A DNA stretch of 64,000 nt. Origin: Mobula hypostoma (taxonomy: Eukaryota). A program made the position numbers and the translations under genes. Location: the NCBI RefSeq assembly GCF_963921235.1, contig NC_086108.1:42100001-42164000 (forward strand), written 5' to 3'. The notes beneath the pieces are model-generated. The model made no database searches. It was not told the DNA's origin and saw only the letters and a program-made list of their open reading frames with translations. This document shows positions 12,601 through 24,600 of this stretch, piece by piece; the first letter of the stretch is position 1, and the number at the start of each line of letters is the position of its first letter.

Positions 12601-15600
12601 CAGCATCTGAGGGTGGAGAAACTATTCTGTTAATATATATCAACCCAAAATACTAAGTGTTTTTCTCTCTCCACAAATACCATCTGACTTGTGTTTATAG
12701 CATTTTGGGTTTTATTTTTAACCTCACAAATTTTCTGTATGCACAAACAATAACCACATAAGAATTTTTTAAAAATTACCAATTCCTTTTCAAGCTCTTG
12801 TATTTTATTTTCATACAGAGATTTTTGATTGGATAATTCCTCTTGAGCGATTTGTTTTGCAAGTTGGATACCTTGCATCATCTCTTGTTTAGCTTGCAAA
12901 CGTGCCTCTTCAATTTCAACTTCAAGTCTGTAAATACATTTGCAGGAAGATAAGAAGTTGCAAAGCTAGTAAAAATAGAAATAACATCAGCTTTTCACTC
13001 TTGCAAAATAAAATTAGATTAGAACTCCAGTGCTCAACTTGATAGGCTTAAATTACATAACATGCCAAAGAAAATGAGTGGTTATAGTGTAATACTGAAA
13101 GATCATAAAACTTGTAACAAGGTTTCCCCATTGAGTTTATTTGCAGTGTTTCTAAGTGGGGTCCCCATGGATTGACTATCAGTCCATCATGTTAGATTTT
13201 ACACACAAGTCCATTCAACTTATTTTAAATATTGACACACAATTCATGACAATACATTACCAATTACTCATGTAGTTACTCATGTATGTGTCTTCCTGGG
13301 CTTCTGCTTGGATTTTTGATTATTATTTTATCTGGAAAATGTTACTCTGGGTTTTATTACTGTGTTGTTTTTACCACAGTATTGTCTACATACCTCGAAG
13401 CAGTCCACTGAATCAATCTCAAATTCTCTAAATTTCTTTATAGTTTCTTATGATTGCCGATGACATAAATTAAATGTGACCTGAATAAAACAACTGTTTT
13501 TAGCTACTCTTGCTAACAGTAATACCAATTTGGCATTCTAACAGATCTTTTGCATTTTGTATAACTTGACTTCATCAATTTTTGGAAGTTAAGAGGAGGT
13601 CTGAAACTTCTATGCCATTGTCATTTGGTGAAAAATAACATTCTGCAGTACCCCTAGTTATTCAATCCTGCATTCATGAATGCATAAAATTGTACATTTT
13701 ATTGTGCAATCCTAACCTAAAATATCTGCAAGTTGCAGAGCACACTTCTCTGTTACTACAATTTATCAAAAATATCCACATAATAAATCCATCTAATGTC
13801 TTTTATCTTTCTATTTTGATAACTCTCATTTACAATTGAGTCTTCACCTTACTCCCTCTTGTGAATAGCACAATATTCTTTTCCAGGAACAAGGATTTCT
13901 CATTAATTAAACCTGATACTCATCTATGTATTTAAAAAAAACAAACTTGATCAACTTTTAAAAAAGAACTTTGAATTTTACCTTTCATACCCTGTGTTCT
14001 AAGTTCATAGCATACAATTTCAAATACATTTTACTACATTATTTCTCGAGCAATGCATTTATCTTGCATTCGTGTTATTTCGGCTGTTTACAAATATTAA
14101 TCACACAACATTTTCAATCTGAATAATTCCCCACCTGATACATAATAGTTTATTACGAAAATGAAGTATAACACTCAACCAGAGTTCAAACTACAAAAAT
14201 AGGTTTGCAGGCTTGGCAGAGGTTAGTTTTTTCTAAATATTTTGTATAACACAAGTGCACCCACTTTTGGAGTTACTGTATGTCTAAACTTAGTAATTTG
14301 CAGAATTCTGCTGAACAGACAGTTAATTTACATTTGTGCTCACAAATGCATCATCATTTTTTTCAAAAGATCCTTTCACCAAAATTCCATTTTTCATAGA
14401 GTCATAGAGCACAGGATGGGGCTTTTGGCTCAACTCATCCATGCCATCTGTGATGCCTATCCACACTAATCCCATTTGCCTGGATTAGGCCCACACCCTT
14501 CGACTCCTTTCCTATTCAACAATCTGTCCAAATGCTTTTTAAATGGAATTGTATCGACTTTTACCAATTCCTCTGGCAGTTTGTTCCATTTAACCACCAC
14601 CCACTGTTTCCTTGTTCTTTCCACAAAATCATTTAATTGTTTTTCAAAATATTTCACTCTTTTTTGAAAACGACTAAGATTTTGCTTTTTCAGGAAGAAC
14701 ATAACAGATTTTGACAATCATTAACTGTCTGCATAAAGTACATCTAAGCTAATCACCACTGCATCTTTGGGCTGACAATTTTATCACTTATTTATTAATG
14801 GGATTGGGGATGGTTACTGAGGAAGTGGACTGGAAGAGAATAAGAGATACTTTTCTTCAGTCCACCTCAGACAAATCCCTCAAATTTGTATCTGTCAGAT
14901 CTCAATCTTTTTAACAATGAGAAAGGCTGGTTTCTCTGCCAGTCCTTAGAGGTATTTTTTAAAAGTTGGTTAATAATCAATTACACACAGGAAACAAGAG
15001 TATATTATATGTCATCATAATATCCAATGCTCCCTAGAGTTCTATTCACATTTTATAATTGAATGCAACTGTAAGGATGACACTAAATGACAGTGGCAAT
15101 GATGAGAAGTAATACAGAAATTGTAAAAAGGCTGTCAATTATTTGTGCTTTTCTGACATTCAATAAGATAATTACTGATTTGTACCTTTTCTCCACACCA
15201 TTATTACATGATAAAATAATCTCCCATATGGAAAATGTTATTGGAGTAAGATTCTATACCTGAATAAGAATTCTACTTTTTCCATTGAATTTTTGTCTGG
15301 AAAAAGTACTTTTTTTATAGCTTTTAAAACTGTGCCCCCTTATTCTGGATTGCCTATTGAGGGGACCCGGCTGGTGGCATAGTGGCATCAGCGGCGGACT
15401 TCGGGATGAAAGGTCCCAAGTTCGAATTCAGCTGGCTCCCCTGCATGCTTTCCATCTGTGCTGGGTTACGAGCTGGTGATCTCTTTGGAAACTCACCCGG
15501 CAGAATGCAATGGCAACGTCAGAGAGGCGTGGAGGGAAATCATCCGCTAACCAGAAAAACTCCGGATGCGACGTACCTTTCCTTTCCTTATTGAGGGAAG

Positions 15601-18600
15601 TGTTTACTATACTTTCAAGAACTATTAGCACCCTTCTAAATTAAAGGGAATGTACGACAAGCTTATGCCTTTCACTATATATTTTGTTGCTCCGTTCTTC
15701 ATTTCTCCAATTCAGTGTCAGATATATATTTCTATCTGCAATTCTATTCTATCCCTAATGTATATGCCTCTACCACCACCCCTGACAGGGTGTTCCATGC
15801 ACTCATCGATCTGTGTAAAAAAACAACTTAACTCTGACACTCCCCTCGCTCCCATATTTTCCTCCAATCACCTTATATTGGATATTGTACTATATTGGCT
15901 AATTCTGCTCTGAGAACTGGCTATTACCTCTATCATCTTGTACACCTCAATCAAGTCACCTCTCTTCCTCCTTTGCTCCACAGAAAAAAGCCCTAACTCG
16001 CACAACCTGTCCTCAAAAGATATGCTCTCTACTCCAGGCAGCATCCTGGTAAATCTCCTCTGCACCCTCTGTAAAATGTCTACACCCTTCTTAAGAGGCA
16101 TCCAGAACGGAACACAATATTCTAAAAGTGGTCTAACCAGGGTTTTATAGAGCTGCAACATTACCTCAGTGCTCTTGAACTCAGTCCCTGTCTAACGAAG
16201 GCCAAGACACCATATGCCTTCTTAACAACCTTATGAACTTGTGTAGCAACTTTGAGGGACATGTACCCAAAGGTCCCTTTGTTCCTCCACATTGCTAAGA
16301 ATCCTGTCATTAACTCTGTATTCTGCCTTCAAATTTGACTTTCTAAAGTTTCTTACTTTTCTGCATTGAACTGCATCTGCCACTTCTCTGTCCAGCTCTG
16401 CATCCTGTCAATGTTCCACTATAACCTACAACAACCTTCTACACTATCCACAACTCCACCAACCTTCATTTTATCTGCAAACTTGCCCTTCCACGTCCTC
16501 ATCGAAGTCATTCATAAATATCACTAAGAGCAGGGGTCCCTGAACAGACCCCTGCAGAACACTATTGGTCTCTGACCTCCAAGCAGAATATACTCATCTA
16601 CAACCTTAAGGATCCTTAAGGTTGTCATAGCTGGGGTTGGGAATGAGGACAAGCTCCCACTACCTATTAAATGCTCCCAATGGCATGCATCTCAGATAGC
16701 CTCTGACAACCAATTCCAGCTCCTGGCCTTCACGTGTGGCTTAGCTACTAAGCCCAGCAGAAGTGTTTCTTCTAATAGGAAAAGAGGTACAGTAAAGGTG
16801 GGTTACTGGCACCTTAAAACCAGTCACTTTGCGCAGATATTGTTCAGCTGCAGTTGACAGTTTATCTAAGAGAAGGAAAACTCTGATCGCAAACCTCCGC
16901 TGCTTTGTGGCTATACACACTCATGTAGAATACTTTGGGAATTTGAAGGAACATTCCAGAGCTGGAGTCCCTAAGGCAGTCTTACGTTGAGTTCAATGCT
17001 GACTGGCAACTTCCGCAACATTGCTGATACCAAACTATATCAGTCTCTTCCGTTCCTGTGGGTTCATCAGATGCGTGGGGGGGAGGGGGGGTGCTTGCTG
17101 CATGGGCAACAGCTTGCTCTCCATATTGTACTGCCCAGGCTTGCGTATCTAGACAGCTAAGACACAATAACCAAGGTCAACTCTGACGGACAGAGGCCTT
17201 CACCTCACCTCACCTCAGTTACCCCAGAACCCATGTCACCGACTTTCTGAATGAGCTTACCATAGGGAAGCTTATCAGACACCTTACTAAAATTAGGGTT
17301 TGGCAATTCCAATTGCCACATTAGCGGAGCAGTTAGCTGGGGCATCGGAATTCGAAATTCAGTTCTGGTAAGGAGTCTCTGTATGACCTCCACGAGGAAT
17401 GTGTGAGTTTTCCCTGGGTGGTCTGGTTTCCTCCCACAGTTTACAGAAGCACAGAGTAGTTTAATTGATCATTGTAAGTTGTCCCGTAATCAGGGTTGTC
17501 CGGTGTTGCTGGGGCGGTGTGGTTCAAAGAGCCTACTCTGCACTGTATTACTAAAATTAAAAAATAAAATCCATATGCTCCACATCCACTGCTCTACCTT
17601 CATCAATGTGCTTTGTCACATTAAAGAAATCAGTCAGGTTCATGAGGCATGACCTGCCCCTCACAAAGCCATGCCTTCTATCCCTAATCAGACTCTGCTT
17701 CTCCAAATGCTCGTAAATCCCGTCTCTAAGCATTTTCTCTGATAGTTTGCCCACAACTGAAGTAAGACTCACTAGTCTATAATTCCCTGGGTTATCCCTA
17801 CTTAAACAAAGGAATAACATTTGTTACCTCCAAACATCTAGTACTTTTCTTATGGCTAGAGTGAGGATGCAAAAATCATCACCAAAGGCAAAATGATCTC
17901 TTTCCTTAATTCCCATAGTAACCTGGAGTATATACCGTCCTGGAAAACCTACAACTCTACTCTTTTTTTTTTAAAAAGATACTCAGATTCAATTTTTCTC
18001 CCACATCTAAAGACAGGCAATTCAAAATCCTGTTTGTTATTATATACTCTGTACTACAAGTTTGCCATTTAATATATGTTCTTCAGGTTTCCTATCAGCT
18101 GCTCTTTCACATTCAACATTTTATGAGATAGTGATTTTTCCAATCCTCTAACCTGTGTTCTCTTTAGACACTTCATTGATAAAAACAAGAGCGAGAGAAC
18201 GGGCAAGGTGACAGAAAACTTTCTGAAAACAAAATCTGAAATAGTACTATCATGATAAAGTTTATATATTTATATTGTCAATGAGCTTTCTCCACAGCAC
18301 TTCAGCAAATATCTTTTGAAAATCCACGTTTGTATTTTCAAAACATCAAATTTCCATTCACAAACATGCCATTTAATAACTACTAAATACATCAGACTGT
18401 AAGGTGTGTATGAATGCACATCTATCCACACAATCATTAATTAATTCTTCATACAACCACAGGGCAAACAATCAGCCCACTTGTTACATATTTTGGGATG
18501 ACAAAGGAAACTGGAAAAGGGAGCAGGGGTTAGTGTTTTGTCAAAGACCAATTTAAAGCTATAAATAAGACGAGTTGTTATATTAAACTATTCCACTTCA

Positions 18601-21600
18601 CCTATTCCCAAGGAAGACACTTACAAATAAGACACAAGAGCACATTTAGGCCATTCCATCATGGCTGATTCACAAAAATCACCGGAAACTGAAGTTGTAA
18701 CAAAATCCTGCCAATTATGGGTCACACGAACAAAAAGCAGTTTTCTCACATGTACACACACAGCGATGTATCATACATAACAATGTAAATAGTCAGTCAG
18801 AAAGATTGTCAGTGAAGTGTGCATCAATTTTTGAAGCAGTTAACCAAATTTTCAGAAACAGCTGAGAAGATTTTATTTTACCTTGCCCTTTGAGCTTGAA
18901 GAAGTTCATCTCTTGCAAATTCAAAGTCTTTTGGAGGATCTCCAAGGAGTGCATTCCCAGAAGATGCTCTTTGTCCACTCTGGACTTCCAATGGATGATT
19001 AAATTTGAAGTAATGATCACCACCAAGTATTACTCTGTCTCCCTTTAAAATGTACAATATACATTTATAATTATACTAAACATTTTACTACAACTGTCAT
19101 GTTTTCCAATTTATGCATAATCATTTAACCAGTGTTCCCAGATTAATATAATTAATCCTAATCAACTCCTTTGGTTTTCTCCTCCCACACACACTCATCT
19201 GTCCATTGTTTTTTTTGTCTCCCTTTGTTAATCTCTTCTATTCCCTGTGCACCTTCCCTTCCCCACCTGGCTCCACCATCACCTACCCACCTCTGTTCAT
19301 CCTCTCTTTCCCCCATCTGATTCCATGTGTCCTCTCAATAACTGGTTCCACCTAAAACTCCCCATCCTCTATCCCACATTGCTGTACCTATTGCATGAAC
19401 TGCATGAATACACCATGAATCATTCCATTTCCAGCTCAGTTCAGATGCAGGATAGTAATCAACCAACCCCTTGCCTCCACAGATGCTGCTTGACTGGGTG
19501 AGTATGTTTTTGTCCAACTTTCATCCTGTTCCACTCTCTATTCTGCCAATGACACTCAATTTCCCTTCCTGAAAGGATAAGCAAGAAACCTATTTGAAGC
19601 TCTCCTTTGTTATGTCATTACTGCATATGTCCACAGAAAGTTTATAAGGCAATGGTCAGACTGCACTTGGAGTACCGTGAGCAGTTTTGGGCCCCTTATC
19701 TAAGAAAAGATATGCTGGCATTAGAGGGGTCCAGAGAAGGTTCACGAGAATGATTCCGGGGATGAAAATGTTAATGTATGAGGAGCCTTTGCTGGATTTG
19801 GGCCTGTATTCGCAGAGTTTAGAATGGGAGGGGAATCTTATTGAAACCTATTAAATACTGAAAGGCTTAGATAGAGTGGATGTGTAGAGAACGTGGGGGA
19901 GTGGGGGAGTCTAGGACCAAAGGGCAAAGCCTCAGAATACAAGGACATCCAATTAGAACAGAAGTGAGGAATTGTTTTAGCCAGAGGGTTGGTGAATCTG
20001 TGGAATTCATTGCCAGATGGCTATTAAGCCCAAGTCATTGGGCCATTAAAGCGAAGGTTGATAGGCTCAAAAGGGCATCAAAAGTTATGGAGGGGAAAAG
20101 TAGGAGAATGGGGTTGAAAGGGATAATAAATCAGCAGTGATGGAATGGCAGAGCAGACTCAATGGGCGGAGTGGCCTAATTCTGCTCCTATGTCTTAGGG
20201 TAGTGGTCGCCAACCTTTTTAAGCCCAAGATCCCCTACCTCTGCCATAGTGAAAGGCAAGATTGACCTACTAAATAGTTTAGAGAAAAAACAACTCAGAC
20301 TGGACTTCCAACTTGAGGCCTTTTATTTGGGCATAAAATGCTTTTGTCAAACTTTCAAATGAATTCAACCAAGAAAACACCGTAACTAGCATATCAAACA
20401 GGCCATGGCTGTCTTTCTTTAAGAATATTACAATACTTCATACCTTTAATTCTAAGTTTCATGATTTAATTTTATTTCAATACGAAAAATAAATGAATAA
20501 AAATTGACTGTTGCACTCAGTGTGATGACTGGGGCTGAATACTTTCTGCTAGTTCCCTGAAATTTGGCTCATATCTACAGACAGCCAGTCTGGGACAGTC
20601 TGTGAAGTGTCTGTCAGTAAGACAGCTCCTGTACTTAGATTTAATAATTTTCATCTGTGAAAATGCAATTTCACACAGATAAGTTGACTCGAAGTAGGCA
20701 CTGACTTTTAGTGCACGTGGCGAGATGAGGAAACTTCTCTCTGCTGACAAGCCCCCAAAAGTCACCGTCCCTTGATCTTGCTTTAAGCTCAACGTCATTT
20801 TGCAAATCAATTACAGTATTTCCATTTCAATATCACTTGGCACACCAAATACTTGCTGGAATTTGGCTGCTATCTGTTCTATATCGATTGGCAGAAATGG
20901 GTTTGAAGTAAATGCAGCAATATCTTTCATGATGTTTAACACCCCAAAATGCCAATCAAACTCTATTGCCAGTTCGTCTAGGTAAGCACAGTACAGCTCA
21001 GGGCGAAAAGCATTTTTTTCCTTGATGGCCTGTAACATTTTCTCTAAGTTGGGAAAGTGTGTCAGCCTCCCGTTCTTTAAATTTGAAATCCAAATACTGA
21101 GCTTGGCCTTAAACGCATTTACTGCACTTATCATGTGGGTGAGGTGTTGGTCTTTTCCCATGAGTTCATTGTTAAGTGCGTTTAATTTAGCCGTTAGGTC
21201 TGTCAGAAACCCTAAATCCAGTAGCCACGCATCATCTGATAGTTCCTCGTGCTCCTCGTTTCTTGTCGACAGAAAAGTCTTTATCTCAGGCAGCAAGTCA
21301 ACAAATCATTGCAGCACTTTGCTGTGACTCAACCACAGAGCATCAGTATGAAGAAGTATGTCTCCATAAGCAGCATTGAACTCATCCAATAACACCTTGA
21401 ATAAGTGGTGCTGAGGCGGTTTTGCTCGAATAAAGTTTATCAGTTTGACCACCAGTGTCATTACATGAGAAAAGTCCACGACCTTCCCAGCCAAGACCTG
21501 CTGATGAATCACACAGTGATAATTCAGGAAGTTAGGAAAATCAGGGTCATTACAGCACAGTGCTATAAAACCAAAGCGCACACCATGCATTGCTGGTGCC

Positions 21601-24600
21601 CCATCAGTAGTAATTGCCACCAGTTTATGAATGAGGATGTCATTTTCATGGACATTTTTTTAAACTCATTGTAAATATCTTCACCTCTCATTCTCTCCTC
21701 TAAGTGCAAAAGAGTGAGGAAGTCCTCCTCTGTTGTAAAATCCTGGAAAGCCATTCTGACAAATACAACAAGCTGAGCTGTTTGCATTACATACAGGGAT
21801 TCATCGAACTGTAGTGAAAAATATTCACAGAGTGACAAGCCCTATAACACTTGTCAATTCATGTCCTTTGACAGTGACTCCACCCTCCTTGACATTGTTA
21901 CAGGGCCAAGCGGTACATTACGTATTGCAGTTTTGATGTCGTTTTTGTTTTTAAAGTCATTAAAAACGGTCTCTGCAGTAATGGCCATTGCTTCCTTGAA
22001 TAAATCACCATCTGTAAAAGGCTTCTTGTGTTTAGCCAAAAGGTGACTTACACGAAATGATGCTTCAATAGCAGCCTTATTTTGAGCAGCATGTTTTGTG
22101 AAAAATGATTGCTGGGCCTTCAACCCCGATTTCAGCTCCTCAACTTTCTTGGCACAGATTGCGCTCTTTGGGGGTAGGTGCCTTTAAATTTCTGGTGGTT
22201 GGTGTTGTGGTGCCGCTCCAGATTCCCTCCTTTAGTCAGTGCTTGTGTTTGGTGGCACAACATACATACACACTTGTCTTTCACCAAGGTAAATAGAAAT
22301 TCTTCTTCCCATTCTGGATGAAATTTGTATGCTTTCGCCTTCTTTCGTGAAGCCTCCTCAATGAAAGCTAGCTACCTTGCAGGATATCACCAGCGAGTGG
22401 CGTATATTGATGTTTGCAACAGTCTGTACTCTTATCTAATCTAATTGGTCACTTTGATGCAGCACAAGCTACGCTGAAAAAAATACAACAGCTACATCAA
22501 GAGAGAGAGAGGCACTAACTTTTCAGTAAAAACTAAAATTAATGCTAATTACTAGCACATTATCCAAATACTAAACATGAATTCACGCTATCAAAGGCAA
22601 AAAATTCGAATGAAACAAAGAGCAGTACAACTGATCAAACTTTTGCATAACTGACGTAATATAAATAGCAGTATAATAGAGTCAAAACTGATTAAAGTTG
22701 ATCAAATTTTGTTTAAGTCATGAATGCATAAGTGAGTCATTTTTACCCACACGCCATCGGACAGTTTGCCCGTTTGTTCATTTATGTTTAAGATAAACAA
22801 AGCTCTCCTACGCTCCATGGAAATTTGACAGACAGCAGCAATAGTCACATGATGTCAGCACACGTGACTCACGACACTGAGCAGTGGAAAAAGAGAAACA
22901 CAATAACCAGGGAAAGCAACTAAGAGTGAGTTAAAAACGACTCACATATGCGCTCTAGGGGTAAAATTTGCTTTTGCATCAAAAGGTTTGTCAGGCATAA
23001 TGTATTTGTGTATTTATTTTTCTTCTTTTTTTTTTCGGGATCTACTGGGAAAGTCTCAAAGATCGACCAGTCGATCGCGATCGACTGGTTGGCGACCACT
23101 ATCTTAGGGTCTAAGGTTAAGGGCAAAATAAATCTATGACGGATCTCAAGAAAAATAGCATTAACTTTAAATCAATTTGATAAAGAATACAGAGAAAGGT
23201 TGTTCAGCTAATGCATCCTGCATTAGAAGTTACTTACATGATGCAGCACAGTTGATTGCTTTATAAGATGTCCATTGACATATGTATTTGCATCGCCTAT
23301 TGGTGCAATGCTAACTGTACCTTTTAAGCTTTGTATCACACTGCAAGTGAAAACAATGCATGGATTATTTTAATGAAAGGATTATACATCTGAATACTTT
23401 TAGAAAAACAAATTGATACTTAAAAATATATTAAGGTTCTAATTCAGCATAATTTCACTCTCACATTCATAATGTGCATTCAAGGGGATTTTGTTTTTCT
23501 TTTAAAGGAAAGAATAAAAGCCACTTCAGATCCTTCTGGAATTAAAAAAACAATCCAGCCTTCCCAGAAAAATCATTCAGTGTCAACCTACATCAGGTGG
23601 GTCTAAAAACAGTACAGTTTTAAGTAAATAAAGGTTGCCACTTCAGTGTCAACTTTAAAGAAAGCACTGTTGTTTATTTAAACCCAAGATAAAATTCTGA
23701 CGAAGGGTCCCGGCCCGAAATGTCAACTGTACATCTTCCTAGAGATGCTGCCTGGCCTGCTGCATTCACCAGCAACTTTGATGTGTGTTGCTTGAATTTC
23801 CAGCATCTGCAGAATTCCTCGTGTTTACCAAGATAAAATCTACCACCTTTAGCAAGGTATTAAACATTACATGCCTCTATTAGTTTTGGAGATTCACTCA
23901 CAGCAAGCAAAGTGTGGAGAAAGATTTTTTTAAAACACAAGAGATTCTGCAGATGCTGGAAATGCTGTAGGAACTCAGCAGGGTTAATTTTTTTACCTGA
24001 TTGGACTACTGTTAGCAGAGTTAATGAGCTAACTAGTCATCTTTGGTGTGTTAAGTTGTACAGCACTTATTGAAGTGTACTATGTCCATGCCAACTCTTT
24101 TGCCCTTCTACACGAATGGAGGTGTGGTGGCGGCAGCTGATATAATAAAGAAGCTCTTACATAAGCACATGAATATGCAGAGTGGAGAAATACGAACCAT
24201 ATGTCGGCAGAAGGGAATTAGCTGTCATTAGCTTAATTAGTTCAGTATGATTTTGTGGGCCTAAAGGTCCTTTCCTGTGCTGCACTAGTCCTGGCACTTA
24301 CCGAGTTTAATTCTACCAGTACTCCACCCGACTTTTCATCTGATCTATATCCTTCTATAATACTATGTTACAACTTTATTATGAAACAATTAAGAGATAC
24401 AGTGTTTAAATGTGAGATCTTTTCACTTGCATTCAATTTAATGTTTGCCTAGGAAATGCTGTTTTATGAGGTGCTGCAATCAAAATGCCTAGACATTTAA
24501 CATGTTCCACAGGGATGTGATCCATAAAATTCAAATTTTACCTTCAACTAAATTTAATTCCCAAACCAAAAGGAAAATTTTAATCAGAAAAATATGCCAT

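Larger units (their letters stand above)
15900..17940 (-). mobile_element. CR1 RT fragment interrupted by two younger insertions
   Basis: [16 protein letters not shown] (17557-17820), [16 protein letters not shown] (about 17230-17290) and [13 protein letters not shown] (15868-16161) are colinear. Confidence 0.85.

Noticed and set aside
15364..15440. tRNA gene
   Set aside because: A and B boxes are present, but it continues into a SINE body with a tail and target duplication, and no convincing cloverleaf forms.
18793..19026. Listed 77-aa minus-strand ORF
   Set aside because: Wrong frame over the real KIF14 exon at 18882-19042.
20517..22360. Host GTF2IRD2/EPM2AIP1-like gene
   Set aside because: Multiple frameshifts plus intact TIRs and a target duplication show it is a transposon copy.
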